Assembly (NCBI GenBank): GCA_003135055.1
Contig: PLDF01000473.1
Coordinates: forward strand, 1,246 to 65,245
Source of the DNA: Bryobacterales bacterium
Lineage (GTDB): Bacteria; Acidobacteriota; Terriglobia; Bryobacterales; Bryobacteraceae
DNA length: 64,000 nt
Reading direction: 5' to 3'
Shown piece by piece: positions 19,196-28,081 of the stretch. Within the stretch, counting starts at the first letter, position 1. Every line of letters begins with the position of its first letter. The notes beneath the pieces are model-generated. The model was not told the origin of the DNA, did not search any database, and saw only the letters and a program-made list of their open reading frames with translations. The translations under genes and the position numbers were made by a program.

Positions 19196-19443
19196 TGTAT
19201 CAACACTACACAATCATTGTATTGATCGGGCTACTTAAGGGAAGCGGTATTTTCGGCCGGCTGCCAAAATTGGTGACGAAGAGGAGAAGGGATAGACACG
19301 CCGAGGCGATTTGACACACATGCGTGTGCTAATACCCACAAGATTGCGGTTGCTTGACAGATCGATAATGTAGTAGTCTTTAGTTTCCGCCGTACGGGTT
19401 CGTACAGGGGAAGTACTTTATTTTCTTTATTTGAGGTTCGTGG

Positions 19444-21171
19444 ATGGACGGTCGAAAGAAGACGTTCTTCTCCTGTTTCGTATTTTCCGCAGCCTTAATC
19501 AGTGCCGGATGCGGTAGCGTGTCTGGTTACCAGCAATCCAAGTTCCAAAATTCGTTTCTGCCGCCGGCTCCGCAGACGCCCGCCTTGACCGCCGAGGATG
19601 TGCCGAAGGTTTCGGTTGCGCCACCCAATATCTACCTGCAAGAACTGCCTGCATTCCTGCTCACTTCCCCTTCTCTGCCGCCGCGCCGGACGTCAGGCGA
19701 TGCCACCGTGGACCGTGCCGAGCGCCGCTTCGAGGCCGGCAAAAGGTTCTACCAGGCGAACGATCTCGCCGGCGCGCGTCAGGAATTCGACGCGGCTGTC
19801 GATTTGATGCTGCAAGCCTCCGACGAGACTCCGGCAGACCGGCTGGATTACGAAAAAAAGTTCGATGAAATGGTGGAGTCCATCCACCGCTTCGATCTGT
19901 CCGGAATGGGCGCTTCGGCGAACATTGACGAGAGCAAATTCGAAAGAGCTCCGCTCGAAGATATCCTGCAGATGACGTTTCCCGTCGACCCCAAATTGAA
20001 AGATAAAGTTCGGGAGCAGGTGAAGGCGACGGTTTCGCAATTGCCGCTGTCGGTCAACGACGCGGTTCTCGGCTACATCAATTACTTCTCGAATCGCGGC
20101 CATAGGACGCTGGTGGCGGCGTATCAGCGCTCAGGCCGGTACCGGCCCATGATCCAGCGCGTTCTGGACGAAGAAGGCGTGCCGCAGGAGCTGATTCACC
20201 TGGCGCAGGCCGAATCGGGCTTTATTCCGCGTGCGGTTTCGCGGAAGGCGGCCGGCGGCATGTGGCAATTCCTGACTTGGCGCGGCCAGCAATATGGGTT
20301 GATGCAAACCCGCTATACCGACGACCGCATGGATCCGGAAATGGCCACCCGCGCCGCCGCTCATCATCTGCACGATCTCTACAACGAATTTGGCGATTGG
20401 TACCTGGCCATTGCCGCCTACAATTGCGGTCCGGGAACGATCGAGAAGGCGGTGGAGCGTACGGGATATGCCGACTTCTGGGAATTGCGGAGCCGTGGAG
20501 CCCTGCCGGCCGAGACCACCAACTACGTTCCAATCATTCTGGCGATGACCATCATGGAGAAGAACGCCGCCGAGTATGGCCTGGAAGGCGTACAGATGGA
20601 CCCGCCGCTCGAATACGACACCGTGAAGACGGATTCGCTCACAGGCTTGGCGCTGATTGCCGATATCACCGATACGCCCCTGAGCGAGCTGGCCAGCCTC
20701 AATCCCGCGGCCCTCAAGGGAATGTTGCCCGAGAGCCACACGCTGCATGTCCCGAAAGGGATGGCCGACACGGTTACAGCCGCGCTGGCGTCGATTCCCG
20801 CCGACCGCCGCGCCGCCTGGCGAATACACCGCGTGGCTCCCGATGAGACTCTGGCGGCGATCGGCAAGCGCTACGGAGTAACGCCGGCCGGCCTCATGGC
20901 TGCCAATAATCTGGCCGCTGCTCGGCCCGAGGCAGGCGATCTGCTCATGATCCCCACGGCCTTCCGCCCAGCCCTAAGCCCCGAGCCAGCGGCGCGTCCG
21001 GCGGTGCGCAAGAGCGCTCCCCAACGGACTACTCAACGGGCTACTCAACTCACGACACGCCCGGCTGGCGCCACGGCCCGCCGTCCACGGACAGCGCCGG
21101 CAAAGACCAGCGCCGCGGTAAAGCCGGCGCACAAGCCCGCGACTATCCTGGCAAGCTCCGCTTCACATTAA
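19444..21171 (+). CDS. mltD: lytic murein transglycosylase with LysM domains (MltD-like lipoprotein)
   Basis: 575 aa with a lipobox (LISAGC), an SLT catalytic region (AQAESGFIPRAVSRKAAGGMWQF, AYNCGPG), two LysM-like repeats and a Pro/Ala-rich tail. Confidence 0.88.
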   Translation: MDGRKKTFFSCFVFSAALISAGCGSVSGYQQSKFQNSFLPPAPQTPALTAEDVPKVSVAPPNIYLQELPAFLLTSPSLPPRRTSGDATVDRAERRFEAGKRFYQANDLAGARQEFDAAVDLMLQASDETPADRLDYEKKFDEMVESIHRFDLSGMGASANIDESKFERAPLEDILQMTFPVDPKLKDKVREQVKATVSQLPLSVNDAVLGYINYFSNRGHRTLVAAYQRSGRYRPMIQRVLDEEGVPQELIHLAQAESGFIPRAVSRKAAGGMWQFLTWRGQQYGLMQTRYTDDRMDPEMATRAAAHHLHDLYNEFGDWYLAIAAYNCGPGTIEKAVERTGYADFWELRSRGALPAETTNYVPIILAMTIMEKNAAEYGLEGVQMDPPLEYDTVKTDSLTGLALIADITDTPLSELASLNPAALKGMLPESHTLHVPKGMADTVTAALASIPADRRAAWRIHRVAPDETLAAIGKRYGVTPAGLMAANNLAAARPEAGDLLMIPTAFRPALSPEPAARPAVRKSAPQRTTQRATQLTTRPAGATARRPRTAPAKTSAAVKPAHKPATILASSASH

Positions 21172-21289
21172 GAGCGGCCCGTAAAGCCAGCCTCAAAAAT
21201 TCGCCGCTTTCGCGCGTTTTCTCTATTGCCTCTCCGCAAAAAAGGGGTATTCTATGGTTGACTGTGCCCAACTACAGGAGGCTTCTTTA

Positions 21290-21880
21290 ATGTTTGATGA
21301 CTCGAAAATCGTGATAGCCGACGAAGAAGAGATGGAAGACTTCCACGATTACGAAGACGAAGAGCATTCGGAACAGCATTCCAAGCTCGACGACTACGAG
21401 GACGAGGAAGACGATGAAGACGAGGATGAGATAACCGTAGCCCTCGTGATAGAGGCCGTAGGGCCGCCTGCGCCGGCTGGGGACACGCCAGGCGCGCCCG
21501 GAGCTCCTCCGAAGAAGCCCGTGAAGAAGGCATCCGCCTCGAAGAAGCCTCCAGCCAAGCCGGCTCCGGCGGCGAAAGCTCCGGCGGCGAAGCCGGTCGC
21601 GGAAGCTCCCGCGAAAAAGGCGGTTGCCAAGGCTCCGCCGAAGAAGGTAGTGCCGCCGGCCAAGACAGCCCCAGCCAAGGCAGCCCCGGCCAAGAAAGCG
21701 GCGGTAAAGGCGCCAGCCAAGAAGGCAGCCAAGAAAGCGCCAGCCAAGGCAGCTAAAAAGGCGCCCGTCAAAGCGGCTAAGAAGGCGCCCCCCAAGGCGG
21801 CTAAGAAGGCGCCGGCTAAAAAAGCGGCCAAGAAAGCGCCCGCCAAGAAGGCCGCTAAAAAGGGCGGCAAGAAGAAGTAG
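21290..21880 (+). CDS. bipartite acidic / histone H1-like lysine-alanine-rich protein
   Basis: The N-terminus is strongly acidic ([14 protein letters not shown]). The C-terminus carries ~120 aa of [12 protein letters not shown] repeats. ATG 21290 follows AGGAG (21276..21280). The ORF extends to 21254. Confidence 0.75.
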   Translation: MFDDSKIVIADEEEMEDFHDYEDEEHSEQHSKLDDYEDEEDDEDEDEITVALVIEAVGPPAPAGDTPGAPGAPPKKPVKKASASKKPPAKPAPAAKAPAAKPVAEAPAKKAVAKAPPKKVVPPAKTAPAKAAPAKKAAVKAPAKKAAKKAPAKAAKKAPVKAAKKAPPKAAKKAPAKKAAKKAPAKKAAKKGGKKK

Positions 21881-21886
21881 GTCAGG

Positions 21887-21974
21887 GTGGGACAGACGGT
21901 CGCTTGTTGCCGTCCGTCAGGCGGCGTTACCGTTGCAACCATCACAGACCACCAAAGGCGATGGTCTGTCCCAC
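21887..21974. repeat. 88-bp double-hairpin REP-like element, copy A
   Basis: GTGG-GACAGACGG...CCGTCCGTC (21887..21918) plus ACAGACCA-CCAAAGGCGA-TGGTCTGT-CCCAC (21944..21974). It is the reverse complement of copy B at 24173..24258. Confidence 0.8.
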
Positions 21975-21980
21975 CAGGTT

Positions 21981-22226
21981 CTAGCCCTCCTGTTTTACCG
22001 CCCGCCGGCACCGCGCGAAGAGGTCCAACAGAGCTTCCGCCTGCTCTTCCGCCGAGCGAGTGACGGCTTTCCCCGAAAATCCAGCCGACGATTGCGACCC
22101 CTTTCCATATCCGGTGGTCACCGCGATGAACTTGGTCAGCTCAAGCGCCACCTCATCCGCGCTGCGTGCGCCTGCCTGCGCCGGCGCACTCTCGGGCGCC
22201 CCCGTGGGATTTCCTGTTTCAGCCAT
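21981..22226 (-). CDS. small hypothetical protein
   Basis: 81-aa ORF divergent from the kinase gene across a 54-bp spacer. No family recognised. Coding status uncertain. Confidence 0.35.
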   Translation of the reverse strand: MAETGNPTGAPESAPAQAGARSADEVALELTKFIAVTTGYGKGSQSSAGFSGKAVTRSAEEQAEALLDLFARCRRAVKQEG

Positions 22227-22280
22227 CTGCGATCTCCAGCCTCCATGTGATACTACTTTAGGTTACAGCATTCGTTTCCA

Positions 22281-23108
22281 ATGCCGCTCACCGCAATCCG
22301 GCACGTGCGCAAGATGCGAGGAGGCGCTCAAGCCCACCTGCTGGAGGCCGACGACGGCAACTGGTACGTGGTCAAATTCCGCAACAATCCTCAACACTGG
22401 CGCGTGCTGGTAAACGAGGCCCTGTGCGCCACCTTGCTCGATTATCTGAAGATCGCGGTCCCGGAGACGGCGCTGATCGACGTGACCGGGGACTTTCTGG
22501 CGGCAAACCCGGAAGTCCATTTCTCATTCGGGCAAAAGCGGATTCCGGCGGAACCGGGATGGCACTTCGGTTCGCGCTACCCGGGCGACCCCGGCCGCGT
22601 CGCGGTGTACGATTTCCTGCCGGAGGCCCTGATCTCGCAGGTGGTAAATCTGGAAGACTTTCGCGCCGTCCTGGTCTTCGACAAGTGGGTGGGCAATACC
22701 GACGGCCGCCAGAGCATCTTCTATCGCGCTCTGGTGCGCCGCGAAGCCTCGGAAGGCGCGCGGCCGGGCTTTGTAGGCCGCATGATCGACCACGGGTTCG
22801 CATTCAACGGCCCGATGTGGGATTTCGGCGACTCGGCGATGCACGGCTTGTACGCCCGCCATGCCGTCTACAATTCGGTGCGCTCGCTGGACGATTTTCA
22901 GCCCTGGCTGGGCCAGGTGATGCACTTCCCCGAAGAAGTCATCGACCAGGCGTGGAAGCGCGTGCCGTCGGATTGGATCTCGGGCGATGAGGATGCACTG
23001 GAGCGCCTGCTCGAACGCCTGTACGAACGGCGGGCGCGAGTCCCGGAACTGATCGAGGCCTGCCGCGGGTGCCGCGTGCCTCCCTTTGGGAATTGGACCC
23101 GATCATAG
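22281..23108 (+). CDS. stand-alone HipA-like / PI3-4-kinase-fold protein kinase
   Basis: 275 aa. RGGAQAHLLEADDGNWYVVKF, VFDKWVGNTDGRQSIF and MIDHGFAFNG resemble the catalytic and Mg-binding loops of HipA-like kinases. There is no HipA N-terminal domain and no HipB-type HTH neighbour. Confidence 0.7.
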   Translation: MPLTAIRHVRKMRGGAQAHLLEADDGNWYVVKFRNNPQHWRVLVNEALCATLLDYLKIAVPETALIDVTGDFLAANPEVHFSFGQKRIPAEPGWHFGSRYPGDPGRVAVYDFLPEALISQVVNLEDFRAVLVFDKWVGNTDGRQSIFYRALVRREASEGARPGFVGRMIDHGFAFNGPMWDFGDSAMHGLYARHAVYNSVRSLDDFQPWLGQVMHFPEEVIDQAWKRVPSDWISGDEDALERLLERLYERRARVPELIEACRGCRVPPFGNWTRS

Positions 23109-23380
23109 AATTGCGCGATGTCCGGATTTGCCGCAGTCGCCGCCCCTATGCCGACCATTGGCCGACCATCTATCAGTCCGCCTCGACGGGAAATATCTTG
23201 GAAGGTTTCGCCCACAATATCAGTGACTTCGTGTGGGACCATCTTCATGTCTGTCCGAACCTGCTCGCTGGCAGCACGAATTCTTATCGGACCGACAAGA
23301 GAGAACGATTCCGTATTTGATCTCGATAAGGAGAAGCGTCATGGCATTATTGGCACGTGGGGTTCAGGGAGCCTACCGTG

Positions 23381-23773
23381 TCAACATCTCTCAAACCGAA
23401 GCCGGACCGATCCGCGCCCTACGATTTCGAATTGATTGCGCGTGCGCTCGCCCATGGGGTTCGGAGGTTCCAGTACGCACCATTTGTTCGGAGAGAAAAC
23501 GTAGGGCATATACAGAATTCGATATCGTCGTCGCCCGCCCTTCAAGGCTCCGCTGGCTACACGGCGTTCGTTCGCTGTCAGTTCAAACTCACCGCTGTCT
23601 TCCAGGGAGCACTTCACCTCATAGAGCCAGTCAGCCTTCGGTGTCTTCACGAGAAAGTCATAGCCGGCGGCATCATCTCCTTCGTCTCCCCCGAAGAAAT
23701 GAGCCCGGTTACCTGATATCCAGCAATCTTCATCCGCGCAATCGACATGGCGGCGTAAGAAGTGATAAGGCAA
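23381..23773 (-). pseudogene. DUF3883-domain C-terminal fragment
   Basis: 130 aa. GYDFLVKTPKADWLYEVKCSLEDSGEFELTANERRVA....YRILYM is the DUF3883 core, which normally sits at the end of very large proteins. Here it stands isolated in an AT-richer stretch. Confidence 0.55.
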
Positions 23774-23813
23774 CCGCTAGAGCTAGAGCATCATCGCGCC
23801 AACCACTACCGCG

Positions 23814-24172
23814 ATGGTGGATTTCGTCACGCGCATCGCCGGCTGGAAGGCGGATGCGCGCTACAACACGCTCAGCTACGAGGTGAATTCAGTGGGATCG
23901 CGACAGCAGCGTACTGCGCACGGGCGCTGTGCCCGATCTGAGGCAGGCGGTGGCGACAGACCCGAAGTTGCGCGTCATCATCGCGCACGGCTGGAACGAC
24001 CTCTCATGCCCTTTCATGGGCACGGGGCCGACAGTGGACCAGATGCCGGTGATGGGCGATCCGGCGCGCGTCGCCGTGCATGAGTATCCGGGCGGCCACA
24101 TGTTCTACAGCCGTCCGGGCAGTCGGGCTGCCTTGCGCAAAGACGTGCAGGCGAATGTTCGGCAAACACTAA
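23814..24172 (+). pseudogene. peptidase S10-like (serine carboxypeptidase family) C-terminal fragment, frameshifted
   Basis: ...ARYNTLSYEVN, then a frame change at ~23885, then LRVIIAHGWNDLSCPF...VHEYPGGHMFYSRP...LRKDV. Only the last ~110 aa of the family are present. The reading frame runs into the REP element. Confidence 0.5.
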
Positions 24173-24258
24173 GTAGGACAGACCATCGCCTTTGGTGGTC
24201 TGTCTCTCCTTGCGGGCATGGCGGCTTGACAGACGACGAAAGCGATCGTCTGTCCCAC
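24173..24258. repeat. double-hairpin REP-like element, copy B (inverted relative to copy A)
   Basis: GTAG-GACAGACCA-TCGCCTTTGG-TGGTCTGTC (24173..24204) plus GACAGACGA-CGAAAGCGA-TCGTCTGTC-CCAC (24228..24258). Confidence 0.8.
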
Positions 24259-24267
24259 AGTGACTGG

Positions 24268-26574
24268 TCAGCGCTTCGCCGTCGGATCCCACCCATCCGA
24301 ACCCGCCAGAAACCTCTTTGTCTCAAAACGCGCCGCCTCAGCCGCCGTCAGATGCTTCGCGTGCGGATCGCGCTCGCCGGAGTGCGCGCCGGGGCCCGAC
24401 GAATTGTATTCCGCGTAGAACGCCGTCTCCAGGTAATTCGTCTCGCCTGGATGCCATTCGCGCCAACCGGCCGGGCCGATGTGCGGGCCCATTTCCGTAT
24501 TCATGAAAACCACGCTCGCGTAAGCGCGCCACGGGCGGCCTAACCAGACGGTCCCAACGTTCGGCTCAGCGGTCAGTTTGCAATGGTTGAAGACGTAGGC
24601 GCTGTCCTGGTCCGGGTAGCGCTTGCTTTGCGCGGTGACGTAGCTGCCATTGTGCGGAGTGTTGCGGATCTCGCAGTTTTCAAATACCGAATCGCCGTCG
24701 CCGAAGATAAAATCCACGTTGCCTTCGATGTAGGAATCGGCGAAATACTGGCGTGCGGGCGTGCACGCCACCGGATTCTGCGTGCAGCCCCGGCTCGCGG
24801 TGTAGACGGTATCCTGATTGCCCAGGAAGCGCATGTTGCGGAAAACCGCGCGGTCGGCAATCACCGCCAGCGCCAGCGCTTGCGAGCCCTGCGAAACCTG
24901 TTCGTGCGTGCGGTTGTAGTCGTTCGAGAAAGTCAGGTTTTCGGCGGTGAAGTTATCGGCTTGTACTTCGACCGTGGCGGATTTGAGGGTGCTCCCAGTA
25001 GAGCCGGCGCTATCGTCGAAAACAATCACGGTCTTCTTCGGATCGGCATACGGGCTGCGCAGGTGGATATTCGGCTTGGTAATTCTCAACCGCTCACGGT
25101 AGACTCCGGGCGCAATAGAGATCACGGCGCCGGTGGCAGGGGCGACATCGATGGCGTGCTGGATGGAGTAATAATCGCCCGTGCCGGAAGCGGCGACGTA
25201 GAGCGTGGCGTCCTCGGCCGGAACCGTCACGGCAGCGGCCGGCGCGGTGGGGATTGCGGCGATGGGCGGAAAGCGGTTCTCGCAGTTCAGGGGAAGGGCG
25301 TCGGCGACGGTTTTGATATCGGCGTTCTCCGTTCGGGTCCGCTCGGGACGATTTCGGTCGCCTTGGCCATCCACAGTTACGTTATCCAGCGTGACGCCAA
25401 GTTTGCGATCGGCGTCGAGACCCAGATAAGTGACCCAGCCGGGCGTGACGCTGTGGACGTCTTTCAGCAGAATATCGCGATAGATGGGCAGCTTATCGCC
25501 GGGAAACGTGGTGTACATCGAAGTCAGCAGGATCGGGTTCGTGACATTGCGCATGCAGACGTTCCGATAAGCGACGCGCTGGACCAATCCACCGCGGCTA
25601 CGGTCGGACTTGATGCGGATGCCGTTTTCGGCGCCGTCGATGGAGAGATCGGTAACTTCGATATCGCTCACTCCTCCGCTGGTGCCGCTGCCGATGGACA
25701 TGCCGTGACCGGCGTAGAAACGGTTGTGCGCGATGGTCATGTGCGCAGCCGGGCCGGCGCCGGTCTTGATGGCGATATCGTCGTCGCCGGTATCGATGTC
25801 GCAGTGGGCGATGGTGACGTTAGTGGATGACGATGGGTCGATGCCGTCGGTGTTGCGCGCGGTTTTGGGCGTGCGGATCTTGACTCCCCAGGCGGTAAAG
25901 CCGTCGGTATCGCTAACGCCAACGTGAAAGTTAGGCGAGTTACGCAGAGTGATGCGATACAGCGTGAAGTTATTGGACTGGCGTACGGAGATCAGGCGCG
26001 GCACGGATTGGTTCTGGTCCATGATCTTGGCGGTCTTGGCGAGGTCCCACCAGGTTATGTGCGGACCGGCTTGCTTCACCACAGTTAGCCCGAGAAGCTC
26101 CGCGCCGCCGCGGCCGTCAATCGAGCCATCGCCCATGATGCCGCTGCCTGGCGCCTGGTTCGCCGTGATCAGCGATTTGCAGCCGGGGCCGCGCGCGCCC
26201 ACTATGCCGCAGCTTCCGGGTTCCACGTCGTAATCGCGCGGGTTGCGGGAGCCGAAAAGGGCGGCGTTGGCTTCGACGAGCAGCGTTACCGCGGGCTTGA
26301 GCGTCAGCGGCCCGGCGAGGAAGATATTCTTTGCGCCCGCGGGACGTAGCGCGACTGCTTTGCCCTGCTCGCATTTGTCGATGGCGGCCTGAATGCGGGC
26401 CGTATCCGGCGCGCCGCCGCTGGCCTCCGGCAACACGCCCTGGGGCGCGGCAAGTTGCGCCGTGAGCACGGCGCATATCGCGGGAAAGTGCGGCTCGGCG
26501 ACGTTGCGCGTGTCTTGCGCGTGAAGTGCGGCCAACGCGAAAAGTGCGGCAGGCAAGCAATAATAGCGGGGCAT
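24268..26574 (-). CDS. bifunctional pectin-degrading enzyme: GH28 polygalacturonase domain plus CE8 pectin methylesterase domain
   Basis: The N-terminal half has NTDGIDP, GDDDIAIK, GHGMSIGS and RIKS (GH28). The C-terminal half has QALAL, GNQDTVY, GNVDFIFG and LGRPW (CE8). The signal peptide starts at ATG 26574. The ORF extends to 26655. Confidence 0.9.
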   Translation of the reverse strand: MPRYYCLPAALFALAALHAQDTRNVAEPHFPAICAVLTAQLAAPQGVLPEASGGAPDTARIQAAIDKCEQGKAVALRPAGAKNIFLAGPLTLKPAVTLLVEANAALFGSRNPRDYDVEPGSCGIVGARGPGCKSLITANQAPGSGIMGDGSIDGRGGAELLGLTVVKQAGPHITWWDLAKTAKIMDQNQSVPRLISVRQSNNFTLYRITLRNSPNFHVGVSDTDGFTAWGVKIRTPKTARNTDGIDPSSSTNVTIAHCDIDTGDDDIAIKTGAGPAAHMTIAHNRFYAGHGMSIGSGTSGGVSDIEVTDLSIDGAENGIRIKSDRSRGGLVQRVAYRNVCMRNVTNPILLTSMYTTFPGDKLPIYRDILLKDVHSVTPGWVTYLGLDADRKLGVTLDNVTVDGQGDRNRPERTRTENADIKTVADALPLNCENRFPPIAAIPTAPAAAVTVPAEDATLYVAASGTGDYYSIQHAIDVAPATGAVISIAPGVYRERLRITKPNIHLRSPYADPKKTVIVFDDSAGSTGSTLKSATVEVQADNFTAENLTFSNDYNRTHEQVSQGSQALALAVIADRAVFRNMRFLGNQDTVYTASRGCTQNPVACTPARQYFADSYIEGNVDFIFGDGDSVFENCEIRNTPHNGSYVTAQSKRYPDQDSAYVFNHCKLTAEPNVGTVWLGRPWRAYASVVFMNTEMGPHIGPAGWREWHPGETNYLETAFYAEYNSSGPGAHSGERDPHAKHLTAAEAARFETKRFLAGSDGWDPTAKR

Positions 26575-26720
26575 AGTTACTTCTTCTTTGTGACCAGTTC
26601 TTTGTGACCAGACCTTGGGAGGCAAGCGCCATTTTGTGCTCGGGCCATCCGCCAACCGGAGCCTCTATTGTCAACGCGATTATACTCCCGCTCCGGACGC
26701 GGAACCAGCTAATTAATCTC

Positions 26721-26810
26721 TTTCATGAAAGGCGGATAATCCAGTTTCTACCATGAGAATCGCCGCAAACCTATGCAGGCCCCCAGGCAGCCCCGGCTTA
26801 TTTCATGAAA
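26721..26810. promoter_or_regulatory. two identical 10-bp palindromes TTTCATGAAA spaced exactly 80 bp apart in the pectinase/LacI divergent region
   Basis: TTTCATGAAA at 26721..26730 and 26801..26810. These are candidate operator pair sites; no assignment to a regulator is possible from sequence. Confidence 0.3.
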
Positions 26811-26842
26811 TCCGCTTGATAGAATGTAGTAGCATAATCAGC

Positions 26843-27934
26843 GTGCCGCGCTCTGGGAAAAAGAAACCTGCGACCATTGTGGACGTCGCCTCGAAGGCCG
26901 GCGTCTCGCTGGGAACCGCTTCGCGGGTGATGAACAACCGGCGAGGCGTCGATCCGGAGTTGCGCCGCAAGGTTACGGAGGCAGCCCGTTCCTTGCAGTA
27001 TGTTCGAGCGGCCAACGCGCGGCGGGCGTTGCGCGAGAACTGCCCGATCGTCACTTTCGTTCTGAGCAATCGCGACTTTCTGCATCCGGTGCACGCGCGG
27101 CTGCTGCAAGGCGCGGAGGAATATTGCGAGGAACGCGGCTTCTTCGTGGTCTTCAAGAGGCTCGATTATTCGTTCGATGCGCCGGTGAGCGAGTTGAAAC
27201 TGCCGGCGTTGCTACGGGAGCATGGCATCGCCGATTGTTTGATCCTGGCCGGCACGAATCATCTGAATCTGCTGGACGCCACGGAGCGCGCGGGCGTGCC
27301 TTACGTGCTTTACGGGAACAACCTGGTAGGACGCGCGCCGCACGGGCCGGTGGATCTGGTGCGTTCCGACGACGCGGCGGGAGCTAAAGACGCCGTGCGC
27401 TACCTGGTGCGGCTGGGCCACCGGAACATTTGCTATATCGGAGACATTTCGCTGCCGTGGTATGAGGTGCGGTATCGGGCGTACCTGGAAGTGATGGCCG
27501 AAGCGGGACTCGAACCGCTGGCGCAGACAGTGAGTCTCTCGCCGGACATTGCGCGCAACGGGTTCACGTCCGCGGAAGCGCTCTTGCGGCGCGGATTGCC
27601 CATCAGCGCCATCTTCGCGGGCGGAGACGATGTAGCGGTGGGAGTGTGGGAGCAGCTGCGGCTGAGCGGGCTGCGGGTACCGGACGACTTATCCCTGGTG
27701 GGCTTTAGCGATCTGCCCGATGCGCGGTCGACTGTGCCTCCACTTACTACGGTACGCGTGCCGTATCTGGAGTTAGGACGCCAGTTGGCGCGAATGGCCA
27801 TCGAGAAGGCGAACACGCCGGGCGCGCCGTTGCCTGAGACAGTGCTCGCGACGGAATTAGTGCTGCGCGGGACTACCTGGCCTTGCGCCATGCGCGGCAC
27901 TTCGGATGCCGGGATCTCATTGAGTGTGCGCTGA
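26843..27934 (+). CDS. LacI-family transcriptional regulator
   Basis: ATIVDVASKAGVSLGTASRVMNN is a LacI HTH, followed by a periplasmic-binding-protein-like sugar domain. GTG 26843 matches the usual N-terminus. The ORF extends to 26753. Confidence 0.88.
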   Translation: MPRSGKKKPATIVDVASKAGVSLGTASRVMNNRRGVDPELRRKVTEAARSLQYVRAANARRALRENCPIVTFVLSNRDFLHPVHARLLQGAEEYCEERGFFVVFKRLDYSFDAPVSELKLPALLREHGIADCLILAGTNHLNLLDATERAGVPYVLYGNNLVGRAPHGPVDLVRSDDAAGAKDAVRYLVRLGHRNICYIGDISLPWYEVRYRAYLEVMAEAGLEPLAQTVSLSPDIARNGFTSAEALLRRGLPISAIFAGGDDVAVGVWEQLRLSGLRVPDDLSLVGFSDLPDARSTVPPLTTVRVPYLELGRQLARMAIEKANTPGAPLPETVLATELVLRGTTWPCAMRGTSDAGISLSVR

Positions 27935-28044
27935 GGCCGGATTTACACGGTAGAGGCAGACTTCTCTCACTATAAGTGGCAGACAAGGCGGCGTCATAGA
28001 ATGGCCTGCATTGGGGAGCAGTTTGCCGCCTGCGCCCCCGTCCC

Positions 28045-28081
28045 GGGCTGGTGTTCCGGGCTGGTGTTCCGGTCTGGTGTT
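28045..28081. repeat. 13-bp tandem repeat (GGGCTGGTGTTCC x2 plus a partial third unit)
   Basis: Read directly: gggctggtgttcc gggctggtgttcc ggtctggtgtt. Confidence 0.8.

Noticed and set aside
21394-22011. 205-aa minus-strand ORF (poly-Ala/Gly/Phe, poly-Ser)
   Set aside because: It is the reverse complement of the AKKA-repeat gene and runs through the REP element, so it is an artefact of the repeat composition.
22898-23248. 116-aa minus-strand ORF starting MKMVPHEVTDIVGETFQDISRRGG, considered as a small gene after the DUF3883 fragment
   Set aside because: Its second half overlaps the kinase gene 3' end in antisense and turns Arg/Ser-rich. The first ~45 aa are not recognisable, so there is too little support to call a gene.
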